A DNA stretch of 63,925 nucleotides, counting the filler, from Olpidium bornovanus S191 (taxonomy: Eukaryota; Fungi; Olpidiomycota), in assembly GCA_017911155.1 (NCBI GenBank). It is 32 parts of 32 records of this genome, joined end to end, with 100 filler letters (N's around TTAATTAATTAA, not from the genome) between each part and the next. Parts side by side here need not be neighbours in the genome. Positions count along the whole stretch, not along the records: positions 1 to 1,277 come from JAEFCI010011495.1; positions 1,378 to 2,478 come from JAEFCI010006339.1; positions 2,579 to 5,978 come from JAEFCI010011403.1; positions 6,079 to 8,080 come from JAEFCI010001809.1; positions 8,181 to 9,363 come from JAEFCI010001999.1; positions 9,464 to 11,656 come from JAEFCI010002794.1; 26 more parts are not named here. One strand, given 5' to 3'. Position 1 is the first letter of the stretch. Each line of letters begins with the position of its first letter. This document shows positions 1-11,123 of the stretch, one piece after another. The position numbers and the translations under genes are program-made. The notes beneath the pieces are model-generated. The model worked only from the letters and a program-made list of their open reading frames with translations, did no database searches and was not told where the DNA came from.

Positions 1-228
1 GCCCCCCCCCCCCCCCCCCCCCACTTGGCGCCGCCCTCCCTTCTCCCCCCGACGCGCTCGGCCGGAGGAGACCCGCGGCCCTTCCCTTCGTCCTCCCTTG
101 CGCGCGGCTTGTCTGCTCCTTTCTTCGTCTTCCAGCACCCCCCCCCCCCCTTGCCCAGGCCGCTTCCCCTTTGGCGGACGGGCCGCGAGGGTGAGACGAG
201 AGGGAAAGAGAGAGATAGAAAGAGAGAC

Positions 229-1191
229 ATGGCCGCCGCGGCCGCAGCGCCAGCGCGCGGCAGCGCGCACGACGACGACGCCGACCGTGCGCTCCTAGGC
301 GCAGGCGGAGGCGACGACGCCCGGAGGGACCCCGGCCAGGTGGAGGGAGACAGGGCCTTCCGCCGGAGTTTCAACTCCTTCCGGAACGCCGTCCTGGGCC
401 TCGTGGGCTTGGCGGAGGACGGACCCGGTCCCGCGAAGGCCGAGAAGGACCAGACGAAGAGCCGCCCGAAAAAAGCTGCCCCTCTCACGAGGAAGGAGAG
501 GGCCCGAATGGCGGACCACCGGCGCTGCGAAATGTGGAAGTGGCGGTTCATCCGGAGAGGTGCGTTCGCGTGGAAAAGGCGCCCGGGGGGGAGGAAGGGC
601 CGCGCGGGGCGAGAAACTCTGGGGTGTCGGGTTTGCCGCCAGATCAAACCGGCGCGGTGCCAAGCTGGCCGACTTTCGCCGAGCACCCGCTAGATGGCTT
701 CTCGGCATAAAGAGGAGTTCGCGGTCGGCGTTGCGGAGAGCTACACGGAAAGGGCGAAAATCAGCCGAGCAAGGAAATTCCAAAAAAAGTTCTTCCAAAC
801 GACGTCACGCCCCCACCGCTTTAACAAATATGCGCGTGGGCCGCGATGTGGCGCGCACTTCCAACAAATTCTCTTTCGTTGCCCGCCTCACAAATATTTC
901 GGCCGTCTCCCACTTGCGAACGTCCCGGCAGATCCGGCGGTCATTTTCATGCTCGAAAAGTTAAGCGAGGCCGGTTGCGAGGTGGATCCCGAGCGCTTCA
1001 TTTCGTGCGTGACCTGCGAAGCTCAGAGGGGAGGCGGCTTTCACGTGATCGACGGCGTGTCCCTATGCGAAAACCGCGTGCACAATAAGAGAATGATGGA
1101 GGAGGCGCTGGTGCACGAGCTCATGCACGCGTACGACTATTGCCGTTACAAGGTGGACTGGTCGAATCTGTACCACCACGCTTGCGCAGAG
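229..1191 (+). CDS. ATP23: Mitochondrial inner-membrane metalloprotease Atp23 (peptidase M76), 3'-partial
   Basis: Exon 229-559, GT-AG intron 560-931, exon 932-1191. Encodes DPAVIFMLEKL...CVTCEAQRGGGF...LCENRV...EALVHELMHAYDYCRYKVDWSNLYHHACAE, with the HExxH motif and Atp23 cysteine pattern. The next donor GTAAAC at 1192 runs into poly-C and the gap. Confidence 0.93.
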
Positions 1192-1201
1192 GTAAACCTT
1201 T

Positions 1202-1277
<76 letters not shown>

Positions 1278-2586
1278 NNNNNNNNNNNNNNNNNNNNNNN
1301 NNNNNNNNNNNNNNNNNNNNNTTAATTAATTAANNNNNNNNNNNNNNNNNNNNNNNNNNNNNNNNNNNNNNNNNNNNTGACCATGGAGCGAGTACGGCGA
1401 GCTCAGTTAGGTGGGGTGACGAGAAAGAAAGGGGGTTCCAGGGAAAAATAGAGCACTTCGCCCGCCGACTTTTCCCCTGAACTCCTCTCTATAAAACCGG
1501 GTAGAATCACGGAATAAACGAGCCGCCGTGAGGCTCTCCTTCTCCCCGAAAAGGGCACGGGGATTCTACAGGTTTTTCGGGACGGCTGTTTTCACGTTAC
1601 CGAAAACCTTCGCTCATTGCCGACTGTGCTCGAGCCGACGGGGAGATAACGACGAAGAGAAACAAAAAAAGCAGAAATGTTGTGAAGGGCAAACAGCAAA
1701 AAGTGTTGTGAAGGGCAAAAAGCAAAAGTGTTGTGAACCCAGTCTATTTGGGACCAATGAGTGTGCGACGACTTGGATAATATGCCGCTTAATTGTGCAA
1801 CACAGCACACGATTCTGAAGAACAGAACATTCTTTTCTGAACACCGCTCTGACCGGGTTTTAAAGGAATCTGACCGCGATGACAGGTACAAATGCGTTTC
1901 GTCCACAGGACAGCCCGCGCCCCAAGTCATCCTACCTGAGTGGGGCACCGGTGTTCGAGTGCGGGCCCGGCAAGGTTTTCAACCATCTCTGGTCGCTGGA
2001 AATCTGCTGTCCGTTGCGGGACCATCCGGAGGGAGCGGCAACAATATAGCGATTTCCCCAGCAGACGTCGCGGGAGCGTTTCGCCCTCACCCTTCGTAAA
2101 CCAGCAGAAATTAAAAAAAAATCGTGGAGACCTCTCTTCCATTGGAGAATGTGGAATGGCGGCGTAGAAGAAAAAAAGAAACCTTTTTTTTTTTCGCACG
2201 CCCTACGCGCACCACCTCGCTTTCGTCACACACACGCACGCCCCCCCCCGTAGTAACCAAAAGTCCCTGGCCACCCTGCCCTGCTGCAGAGACGCAGAGT
2301 ACATAGCACCAGAACGCCCGGAAAAAAATTTCCCGTTTACGCCAAGGTCCCGAGTCGGGTGAGGGGGCTCTGCGCACCTGCCGGCTCCCTCCTCTCGCCT
2401 CCGAATTTTATCCGGAGGCGGTGCAGGCAGCGGCGGCGGGGGGAAGGGGGAAGGGGGGGCAGGAGGACCAAAAAAAAANNNNNNNNNNNNNNNNNNNNNN
2501 NNNNNNNNNNNNNNNNNNNNNNTTAATTAATTAANNNNNNNNNNNNNNNNNNNNNNNNNNNNNNNNNNNNNNNNNNNNACTGTCGC

Positions 2587-4726
2587 TCACCGCTTCCCTT
2601 CACGAACGTAGCACACGTCTAACGCCTTGATCGGGGCGAAAGTCGGCCCGCCGACCCCCGCGCAGGTTAACGGCGGAGGGCGTAATGTCTTCGGCATGGG
2701 TGGCATCTCCACGCGCCGTTGCTGGGGGCGTCCGTGCTGAGGGTTAACCACAGCGCCTCCCACCACCCCCACGGACGCATCTGTAACCCCACCCAGCGCG
2801 GCGCATTTTTTTTTTGTTCCTCCTTCATTTACCGTATCAGTGTCATCGTCGAACAGCAGATGCGCGCCGGTTTCCTCGTCGGTATCGTCCGCTTCAAGGT
2901 CGAACGCCTGCTCCTGCTGTGGCCGGTGGACATGCAATGCCGGGATTTTGCGCGAAGCGGCCGCGTTCGGTTCTTTTGCCTTGCTGCTCCGCAAACCGGG
3001 CTCCTCCTCCTCGCCGGCGAACAGGCTCCGGATTATCGGCCTCTCCCCGCCGACGCCCTTCCCGGGCGCGAGCGTCTCCTTTTTCGCTCGGGGCTCTGCA
3101 TGGCCTTGCAGCGGGGAAGCAGGTTCCGGGTCGGCCTCACGCGGACCCGGCGCCGAAAGGACCGCCGTCGCTTCCACCGCCTCGTCAGCTTCCGGCGGCA
3201 GCGCGGGTCTGCCCCCGTCCTTCGTTTCCGCACGCCGCAATTCGGCAAAGGGCAACCCGGCCCCCTCAAGCACGGCGTGTATCTCTTCCGCGAGGGTGCG
3301 CGCGGCGCCGACGGGCGGCCGCGGGTTGCTTCTGTCGTGCTGAGCCGAATGACACGACTTGATCTCCTATACTAACGTATTACGCAAAAAGAAAAGGAAC
3401 GAAAAAAAAATGGACATCGGCATCCCCGTTTTTGCTCTCTTAAATAAAGAAAGGAAGGTCGTACTAAACCTTCTGCCGGGCCAACTCGAGAACTTGCGTG
3501 ACGGCCGTCCGATACGAGTCGCACAGGCGGCTCAATTCTCGCATCTTCTTGTTTAGAATCCCGATTTCCGCGGGCGGGTCACCGGGCTGCTGTTGCGGCG
3601 GTACACCTTCGAGCCGGCCCGGGAGCGACTTTTCGGGCCCGGCGCCGGCGGCCGCGCCTCCCGCCGGCGGCGGTACCCCGGTGCCGGGCTGGCCGCCGCC
3701 GCGGGGCCGACGGTCCTGCCGCCAGGCTTTCGAAGCGTCTATCTGGTCGAGGATGGAGCCTTCCTCCACTTCGGCGTCCAGGTCGCGGCCGAGGTGGCTC
3801 CGCACCCTGCGCTTCGTCTCCTCCACCTGGATCTGGACGTCGCCGTCCGCTGCCGCCGACTCGAACCACCCGGACCGCGGGCAGCTCCGCCGGTGCTGTC
3901 CCGCCTCGACGTCGAATCCGGGACCGGTTCTGACGGGCGGCCCGGGCCGCGCCGGCTGCAGGCCCTCCGGACCGGGTCCCGGCCGGGCGCCGGCTGCTCC
4001 TCCACCGCGCCGGACGCCCTCCGGTTCCGCCGTGCCACCCGGCGGAGAGGGTTCCGGCGCCCGCTCGGCAGCCCCTCCGCGAGCAAGGGGCATTGGTTGC
4101 AGCAGGGCGCCCCAAGGCCAAGGCGCACCGCCGGCGCGGATCCCGACGCCGTTTCCCCCGCCGAAGAGCGGCCGCAGGGGCCCGCCGCGGCCGCGGCCGC
4201 CGTTCCCGTCCGTTTTCGGCGCAACCGGGGGCGGCGGCGCCGCCGGTGGAAAGAACCCCTCTTTGTCGTTGTGGTTGTCGACCACAATGCCGCCGCCGCC
4301 CGCAATCGAAAACGCTGTGTCGCTGCCGGTTCCGCCGGAGATCGACGGCAGCTTTTCGACAGCCGAAGCCCGCGAGAGCGCTGTCTGCCGGGACGCCGCT
4401 GAGGATCTCGAAGCGGCGGAGCTGAGGTCGATCCGAGGCAGCGAAGAAGCAGATGAGGAAGAAGGAGACTGCGCCGCGTGATGCGGGGGCGGCCCGCGGC
4501 TTTCTTCCCTCGGGGTCCCACTCCCACTCCTCCTCCTCCTCCGCGGCTGCTGCTGCTGCTGCTGCGGCGGCCGCCGCTGATTCCGGGCGGGATTCTCCGC
4601 TGCGCGCTGTAATTCTCTGCGGTGTCGTGCGGCGTATCCGTCGTCGAGAAAACTGCGGCGGGGACGAGCACATCCCCCCCCACACACACCCGAAAGTTCG
4701 ACGAGGATGGAAAAAAAATTGGTCAA
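2587..4726 (-). CDS. Hypothetical low-complexity/disordered protein (probably spliced)
   Basis: Long minus-strand ORFs 3464-4726 and 2587-3273 are separated by an AT-rich intron-like stretch. There is a short coiled-coil-like segment (ILNKKMRELSRLCDSYRTAVTQVLELARQK). No family recognised. Confidence 0.35.
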
Positions 4727-4991
4727 GTCTTCCCCGCCCCGTTAACTCCGGCGAAATAACGCGAGGCGGGGCGAAAGGGGGAAAGGGACCCTACGTCAAC
4801 ATGGGCTCAGCCGGCGACGTCTCCCCTCCCTCGCCGCTGCGGCGCGGCTCGCCCGCCGCCCGGCCGGCCCACTTTCAGCAGACGTGGAGAAGCGGGATTC
4901 CGGAGGGGAAAGCGCTTTTTTTTGATCTCGCCCGTCCTCGAGAGGTTTTTGGGCAAAGATGGTTCTATCCCGCCGTGCCCGTCGGGGTTTT

Positions 4992-5030
<39 letters not shown>

Positions 5031-6144
5031 CCTCTCTCCGCTGCGAACACCGCCAGCCTCCCGGGGCGCCCCGCCCCAGTTGTCAGTCGACCTATTCAAT
5101 CTCAGACGGGCAACTCGACGGAAAGTGGGCCTGATTCCTCTATTTTCCTTCGCTGTGTCTCTCTCCACCTCCCCTCTCCTTTCCCTCTCTCTCCTCTCCT
5201 CGCCGCTGGTGGGGAGGTTTTTTTTTTTTTTTTCTTCCGCCCGGAAACTGGGGGCGAAAAAGAATGCGGGCGTTTCGCGTTTTTGGTCCGCGCGTGACAA
5301 CCTCTTTGGCCCCCCCGCGACACGCGCACACACACCCCGCGCGCAGTGCCCGCGAAGCGAACCGCGTTCGGGCGGAGGCGGAGGGAAAGAAGAGGGGGGG
5401 AAGGAGGGGAAAACGAAGGAGGAAAAAAAGAGTAAAGAGAGACAGAAGTCGGCGTATCACTCTCTCTATCTCTCTCTCGCTCTCTCTCTGCTTTTCCGTT
5501 TTCACCTCGGCACAGGCACGCGGAGACAGAGAGCGCGCCGGAATTTCGTATCAGAAAACGCCTCGCGAACAGAAAGGAAAAAAGATGGAAGGAAACAAAA
5601 AAAAAAACTCAATACACAGATGCATAACACCGCCCGGCAAAATATGTGGAAAAAACCGTTTGACGCCCTACCTGGTTCGAGGGAGGGCGGGGAGCGGGGG
5701 GGAAGTGTGCCGCCGCGTGCGAAAAAGGGTTCCTCCGGCAACTGCCGCACACGCGCGCGCACACTCCATCGAGAGAGATCGGGGATCGCGGCCCCAGGTT
5801 CCAGCTCCCCACCCCCCCCCTCCTCTTCCTCACCTCCCCCCGCCGCCCTTTCCCCAACTCCCGCTCGTTTCCCCGAGAGAATCTACAGAAAGCGTGTTTA
5901 CCGCCGGCCGCTTATGTGTACGCCCTTTCCCAGTGGCAGCATATCAAGTCAGATTGCAAGGTCTGCGCCAGCGAAAAGNNNNNNNNNNNNNNNNNNNNNN
6001 NNNNNNNNNNNNNNNNNNNNNNTTAATTAATTAANNNNNNNNNNNNNNNNNNNNNNNNNNNNNNNNNNNNNNNNNNNNCCCGCCGAAAACGTCAGCCCAA
6101 AAACGTTTTATTTCCGTCCAGGCCGCCTACAATCTTTCTCTCTG

Positions 6145-6146
6145 AC

Positions 6147-6191
<45 letters not shown>

Positions 6192-6232
6192 GAGAGAGAA
6201 AGAGAAAGAGAAAGAGAGAGAGAGAGAGACAG
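6145..6232. repeat. (GA)n microsatellite
   Basis: Imperfect AG dinucleotide run directly visible. Confidence 0.9.
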
Positions 6233-6406
6233 CGACGAGCCAGCCCCTTTCTCTTCCCCTCCTAGCGCGCGCGCGCGTTTGCTTGCTTGCTGTCCCGCCG
6301 CCGCCGTTTTGTTCGCCCTCTTTTCAGGTTCCCCCCCCCCCCTCCCCTCTCTCTCTTCGCCCCAGCCCCAGCCCCAGCCGCCCCCCCGCCTTCCCCCAGC
6401 TCGCGC

Positions 6407-7810
6407 ATGTCGTGCGACGCCCGCCACGTCTACCACTCCAACCCCTACTCCAGGGCCCGCCTCTACCGCTTCTCCTACGCCGACCGCCGCTGGGTCGCCC
6501 TGCACGACCGCCGCCTCTACTTCCGCTTCTCGCCCCCGGGCGCCGCCGCCCCCGCCCTCCTGCAGCTCAGCAGCTCGCCCTGGCGCGCCGGCGCGCCCCC
6601 CGGGCCCTTCCGCTGCGACATCCGCCTCCCCGCCCGCTGCAGCCTCTGCCGCGGCGCTTCAGAGCGCCTCCAGCAGCAGCAGCAGCAGCTGTTCCTCGTC
6701 CTGGACGCGCTGCAGGGCGGCTTGGACGACGGCCTCGGCCCGTTCGGCCTGCACTTCGAGACGGCCCTCGCCGCCGCCTGGGTGGAGCGGACGGTCAGAT
6801 CGCGCCAGGCCGACTCGGCCGCGCCCCCCGCCGGCGGCGGCTCCGGCCCGCGGTCGCCGCTGCGCTGGCGGCCGGCCGGCGCCGTCAAGGACGTGTCGGT
6901 GCGCGTGCTCGTCCTGGCCGGCGGGCCCGAGGACGGCGGGACGGCCGAGGTGCCCACCGCCCACGGCCCGCTCACCTTCCGCCGCGCCGCGCCGGGAGAC
7001 GCCGCGGGCCTGTGCGCCGCCGCGGTCCGGAGCGAGCTGGAGAAGTGCCCGAGTGACCTGCTCCGCCTGGCGGGCCTCGCGTCCGTCGGCGTGGTCTCCG
7101 GCCTGGCGTTCGACGGCCAGGAGCGCGACGGCGTGCCCGTGCTGGCCGGCCTGGCGCCGCCGCTCGCTCTCGCCCTGGCCGCCGCCGCCGCCGCCGGCCC
7201 GCTCCGCGAAGGACGGGAGGAACCCGCCCACCACCTGCTCATCGACGCCCAGCACGGCGGAGGCTGGCACGCGCGCTGGACCGTCCACCACGAGCTGTAC
7301 CACCTCATCCACCACGAGCTCGGCAGGCGCCTTTCCATCGGCGAGGTCGAGGAGAAGTGGAGGGGCCTGAACGTCTTCTCCGGCGAGCCCTCGCCCCCGC
7401 CGCGCCTCCTCGGGACCTCTTCCCCGCTGCCGACCATCCTGCACCGCGACGAGGCGTACCGCCTCGGGGGCCCGCGCATGCTGGACCACCTCCGCCGGAG
7501 CGAGGCCTCCGCGTCGCCGCCGTGCGGCTTCGTCTCGAGCTACGCCTGCGGGAGCACGGAAGAAGACATGGCCGAGACGTTCGCGGAGATGATGATGACG
7601 ACGACGGCGGCGGCCGACTCCGCCGCAGCCGACCACCCTCCCGGGCCGCCGGACGGCCGGCGAGGGACCGCGACGGAACGCAAGCGCGGTCCGCCCGCTC
7701 GGCCCGGGGGCGGCGACCAGGACAACCTCCACCGGGAAATTGTGCGGGGGAAGAGGATCGTCCTCGGGGAGATTTTACGCCGGGGCGCCCGCACGTCCGT
7801 TCGGCGGTAA
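6407..7810 (+). CDS. Zinc metallopeptidase-like protein (Peptidase_Mx1/PF15890-like HHExxH...ED) with an N-terminal extension
   Basis: Intronless ORF with strong GC3 bias. Motifs SELEKCPSDLLRLAGL...GLAFDGQERDGVP, WTVHHELYHLIHH and GFVSSYACGSTEEDMAETFAEM match the recalled family pattern. Confidence 0.8.
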   Translation: MSCDARHVYHSNPYSRARLYRFSYADRRWVALHDRRLYFRFSPPGAAAPALLQLSSSPWRAGAPPGPFRCDIRLPARCSLCRGASERLQQQQQQLFLVLDALQGGLDDGLGPFGLHFETALAAAWVERTVRSRQADSAAPPAGGGSGPRSPLRWRPAGAVKDVSVRVLVLAGGPEDGGTAEVPTAHGPLTFRRAAPGDAAGLCAAAVRSELEKCPSDLLRLAGLASVGVVSGLAFDGQERDGVPVLAGLAPPLALALAAAAAAGPLREGREEPAHHLLIDAQHGGGWHARWTVHHELYHLIHHELGRRLSIGEVEEKWRGLNVFSGEPSPPPRLLGTSSPLPTILHRDEAYRLGGPRMLDHLRRSEASASPPCGFVSSYACGSTEEDMAETFAEMMMTTTAAADSAAADHPPGPPDGRRGTATERKRGPPARPGGGDQDNLHREIVRGKRIVLGEILRRGARTSVRR

Positions 7811-8424
7811 CCAGAAAAAAAAAAGTTATTTCCGGATGTTGAACCCGTACCCTCTTTTTTGTGTTTTTTTTTGCTTTTTAATTATTTTTTTTAAATTTTT
7901 TATTTTTGTTTTTTTTTGTTTTTTTAATTTTTTTGTTGTTTTTTATTTTCTTTTTTTTGTTTTTTTTTTTTTTTTTTTTTTTGTTTTTTCGTATATAGTA
8001 TATAGTGAGTATATAATGAGTAAGAAAAATCGGAGGCCCTTCTGTATTATTCACCCGATCCCGAACATCGACCCCCGGGCNNNNNNNNNNNNNNNNNNNN
8101 NNNNNNNNNNNNNNNNNNNNNNNNTTAATTAATTAANNNNNNNNNNNNNNNNNNNNNNNNNNNNNNNNNNNNNNNNNNNNAAGTTGTCGGGCTCTGGTGT
8201 GTGTTTTATGGGGCTGCAGGGGCCGGAGCGGGTTGGGGGGGAGAGAGGGGGAGGGCAACGGATAGGCTCTCATCCCATTTCTCCTTGCCCCGAACGAGGT
8301 CGGCCTAACGGCCGCTCTGGCCCTTTGGAAGAATATGTGGTTTGCCGTCATTTAACGAGGACGGCGATGACATAGTGGAATCCGTGCAAACCACAAACTT
8401 CTGTTTGGGTCGACACCGCAGGCT

Positions 8425-8515
8425 GTGCTCGTACCAGCTAGTTAGCAGATATCGTCCCGTTTGATCGTGTGCTTGTACCAGCTAGTTAGCAGACATCGTT
8501 CCCCTTTGATAGCGA
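8425..8515. repeat. Two-copy ~44-bp tandem repeat
   Basis: GTGCTYGTACCAGCTAGTTAGCAGAYATCGT at 8425 and 8469. Confidence 0.85.
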
Positions 8516-8610
8516 AAACGATTATCCCAGAGATTTGAGTTTTGGAGGACTCAAAGGCGGGCGTCAAGGAATCTCGCATGGCACAAACCTTTACCCCCAC
8601 CCCTCCTCCC

Positions 8611-9363
8611 CCATTTTCTCCCTGGCCGAGGCCAAGGAGACACGGAGACACCACACGGTCAGGAGAGGTTCAGGGAAAGAGGAAAGAGGGGAGAGGGAGG
8701 GAAAAAGGGGGGGGGGGACGGCATTCAATATCCCTGGCCGGAAAAAAACCTCCTTTGATGGCGGAGAAGGCTCCTTGCCGGAATAATTTAGGGCGGTTTT
8801 TTCTCCGATTGGGTTTGGGTTGCAGGAGGGGGTAGGGGGCATTCTTGGCGTGGGGGAAGGGGCTGGGGCGGGACGGGGGGGGGAAAGGCCGGGGGGGAAG
8901 GGGAATAGGGGGAAAATCCCCCCCTTTTCCTCCTTTCCCCCCTTGGCCCCCCCCCCCCCCCCCGGCCCCCCCCCCCCCCCCCATCCCGCCCCAGCCCCTT
9001 CCCCCCACGCCAAGAGAGCCCCCCCTACCCCCTCCTGCAACCCAAACCCAATCGGAGAAAAAACCCCTAAATTATTCCCAGCAGGAGTTCTCCGCCATCA
9101 AGGGAGGTTTTTTTCCGGCCAGGGATATTGAATGCCGTCCCCCCCCCCTTTTCCCTCCCTCTCCCCCCTTTCCCCTTCCCCTGAACCTCCCCTGACCGTG
9201 TGGTGTCTCCGTGTCTCCTTGGCCTTGAGGCTTTATTTTTTGGGCAGGGGAAGGTGGGGAGGGCCGGAGGAGGGGGGGGGGGAATGGGAAGGAAGAAAGC
9301 GCGGAAGTCGGGGTAGGGGGATGTCGCCCCTTTGCCGGCCCCACGCGGCCAGGGAGAAAATGG
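8611..9363. repeat. Long imperfect inverted repeat (fold-back)
   Basis: About 8629-8900 is the reverse complement of about 8950-9225 (e.g. GGCATTCAATATCCCTGGCCGGAAAAAAACC vs GGTTTTTTTCCGGCCAGGGATATTGAATGCC). 8611-8628 also pairs with the contig end 9346-9363. Confidence 0.9.
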
Positions 9364-9463
9364 NNNNNNNNNNNNNNNNNNNNNNNNNNNNNNNNNNNNN
9401 NNNNNNNTTAATTAATTAANNNNNNNNNNNNNNNNNNNNNNNNNNNNNNNNNNNNNNNNNNNN

Positions 9464-11123
9464 CATGGCTTTACCTAAGTTCAGCAAGGGTGGCCTTGCC
9501 GGTAACCCTGTCGGGACCGTCATAATCTACCTCGGCGACGTCATCGTCTGTGTCTCTGCGCAACGAGCATTGTGTTTCCCTCCCATACTTTGACCGCTTG
9601 GCTTTCGCCTTTCGAGGGTTCTCGAACGAGACGTTGATGAGGTCGATGGATTCATCTGCCGGGACGTGCAAATGAGTCAGTGCTGCCAGCACGGCGCAGT
9701 CGACTCCACCAGAGAACAGCAAGGCGACCTTGGGATAGGGCCTGCTCGCATCGACGGCGGTCGCGGGAATGGATGCCGGCCGCCTACGCCGGCAAAAAAA
9801 GGCATCAGATTACTCGCCGACAATAACGTGGCCCGTATGATGGCTGACAGATCCATACCCTGGGATGCCGACGACGCGTCTCCGCACGGATTCGCTGAGG
9901 ACCGCAATTAGCTGGTTCACGGCCTGTTCCATCGACCCAATAGGATCGGAAATTTCTGCGGTTGATGTGTTCGCCGGCGGCGCCAAGATGGCGGTGCACG
10001 GAGTTTCGCGATTGATCCGGTGGTAGGGCCGCGTCTGCACGTAGAAGAGTCTTGAGCCTTTGCGTAAAAGTCTTCTATCCTTACTCCCGAATGGTTTTGC
10101 GTACCAGGTACATCGGTTTCGTCGCCGCATTGTCATCACCGTCTGGCGGATATCGCCACTCGAAACGATGAAGTGCTGCAGCGACCGAGCAGCCGGCATT
10201 CACGGCATTCAGATCCAAGCAGTAAAGTCCTGCTGCTGGTACCTCCACCAAGCTCAACGGCGGGCCTGTTGATGTCGCCGGATATCCCACGGACGATATC
10301 ACCAGCAGGCTCGGGTTGGCGGGTGATTCAGACCATAGCAGCGATCGTCGTCCTAGGCAATCGCGACCAAACCACAGGGACCCGGACTTTCTCTGGAAAA
10401 GCTGAAGGTTCAGCAAACATGGTCCACGAAATAAATGGCAAGCACAGTTGAGGTCTCTCGTGGTACCTCGAGGTAGACGAACGCGTATGGCCCGAGTACA
10501 CGTTCGAAAACGCCGAGTATTGCCGCGGGCGATGTCGCGGCTGTTTCGGGCGTGAACGTGGCAGCCGCCAGCTCAAGCTCGGCAAAGACCTGCACGGCGT
10601 CGTTACCGCCTTCCGGCACCTGGCCGATACGAACCGCGTCAACGCGGGGAGCGCGCAATTTACTCCTTTGTCGGACCGAAGGGGACATACGTCGAGGCCG
10701 CCAAAAACCTCCCCGTTCCAGCATAGGACGTTCCCCGTTTCTTCTGACGTCAGAGGTTGCGAGGTCGGCCGCGTGCCGCCACGCAGGTGGAGCACGGCCG
10801 CAGCAAAGGACAGGTGGCACGCCCAGGCCAACGACGACGAAGTCGCGAAGCGCGAGGCGGTGACGTTGATTGCGTCGGGTCCTGCGGTGGCACAGGGGAG
10901 TTCAAATCTTGGCAAGATCGCGGTCAAGCCCCAAAACGGGTCGAGAACCCGCTGACGGTCAAGGCTTACCTCGCAAGGAGACGTTTGGCAGCACAGCCGA
11001 CGCGGTGGCCGCGACGTCGACCGCGGCGGCTGGTCCGCCCGGCGCTGCGCGGCTGCTGCTTTGCCGCGAGGGTTTAAAGCCGTCGTTCGCCTCCACCGAC
11101 AGACAGACGAGGATCCCGCACAT
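9464..11123 (-). CDS. ASNSD1: Asparagine synthetase domain-containing protein 1, 3'-partial, spliced
   Basis: Starts MCGILVCL (Ntn-type Cys2) at 11123. Motifs [72 protein letters not shown]. Confidence 0.9.

Noticed and set aside
1202-1277. Poly-proline tracts from poly-C (also near 21850-21890, 39735-39795, 56000-56060)
   Set aside because: These are homopolymer sequencing or assembly artefacts at contig ends and introns, not real poly-Pro domains.
1322-1333. TTAATTAATTAA as a biological palindrome or PacI site
   Set aside because: It occurs only at the centre of fixed 100-bp N spacers, so it is an assembly linker.
1660-1740. Short AAAGTGTTGTGAAGGGCAAA-type triplication
   Set aside because: It has only about 3 degenerate copies and no associated structure.
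3498-4689. Multiple long overlapping ORFs on both strands (also 6279-7732 and 35383-36834)
   Set aside because: These are shadow ORFs caused by very high GC and scarce stop codons; no motifs support dual coding.
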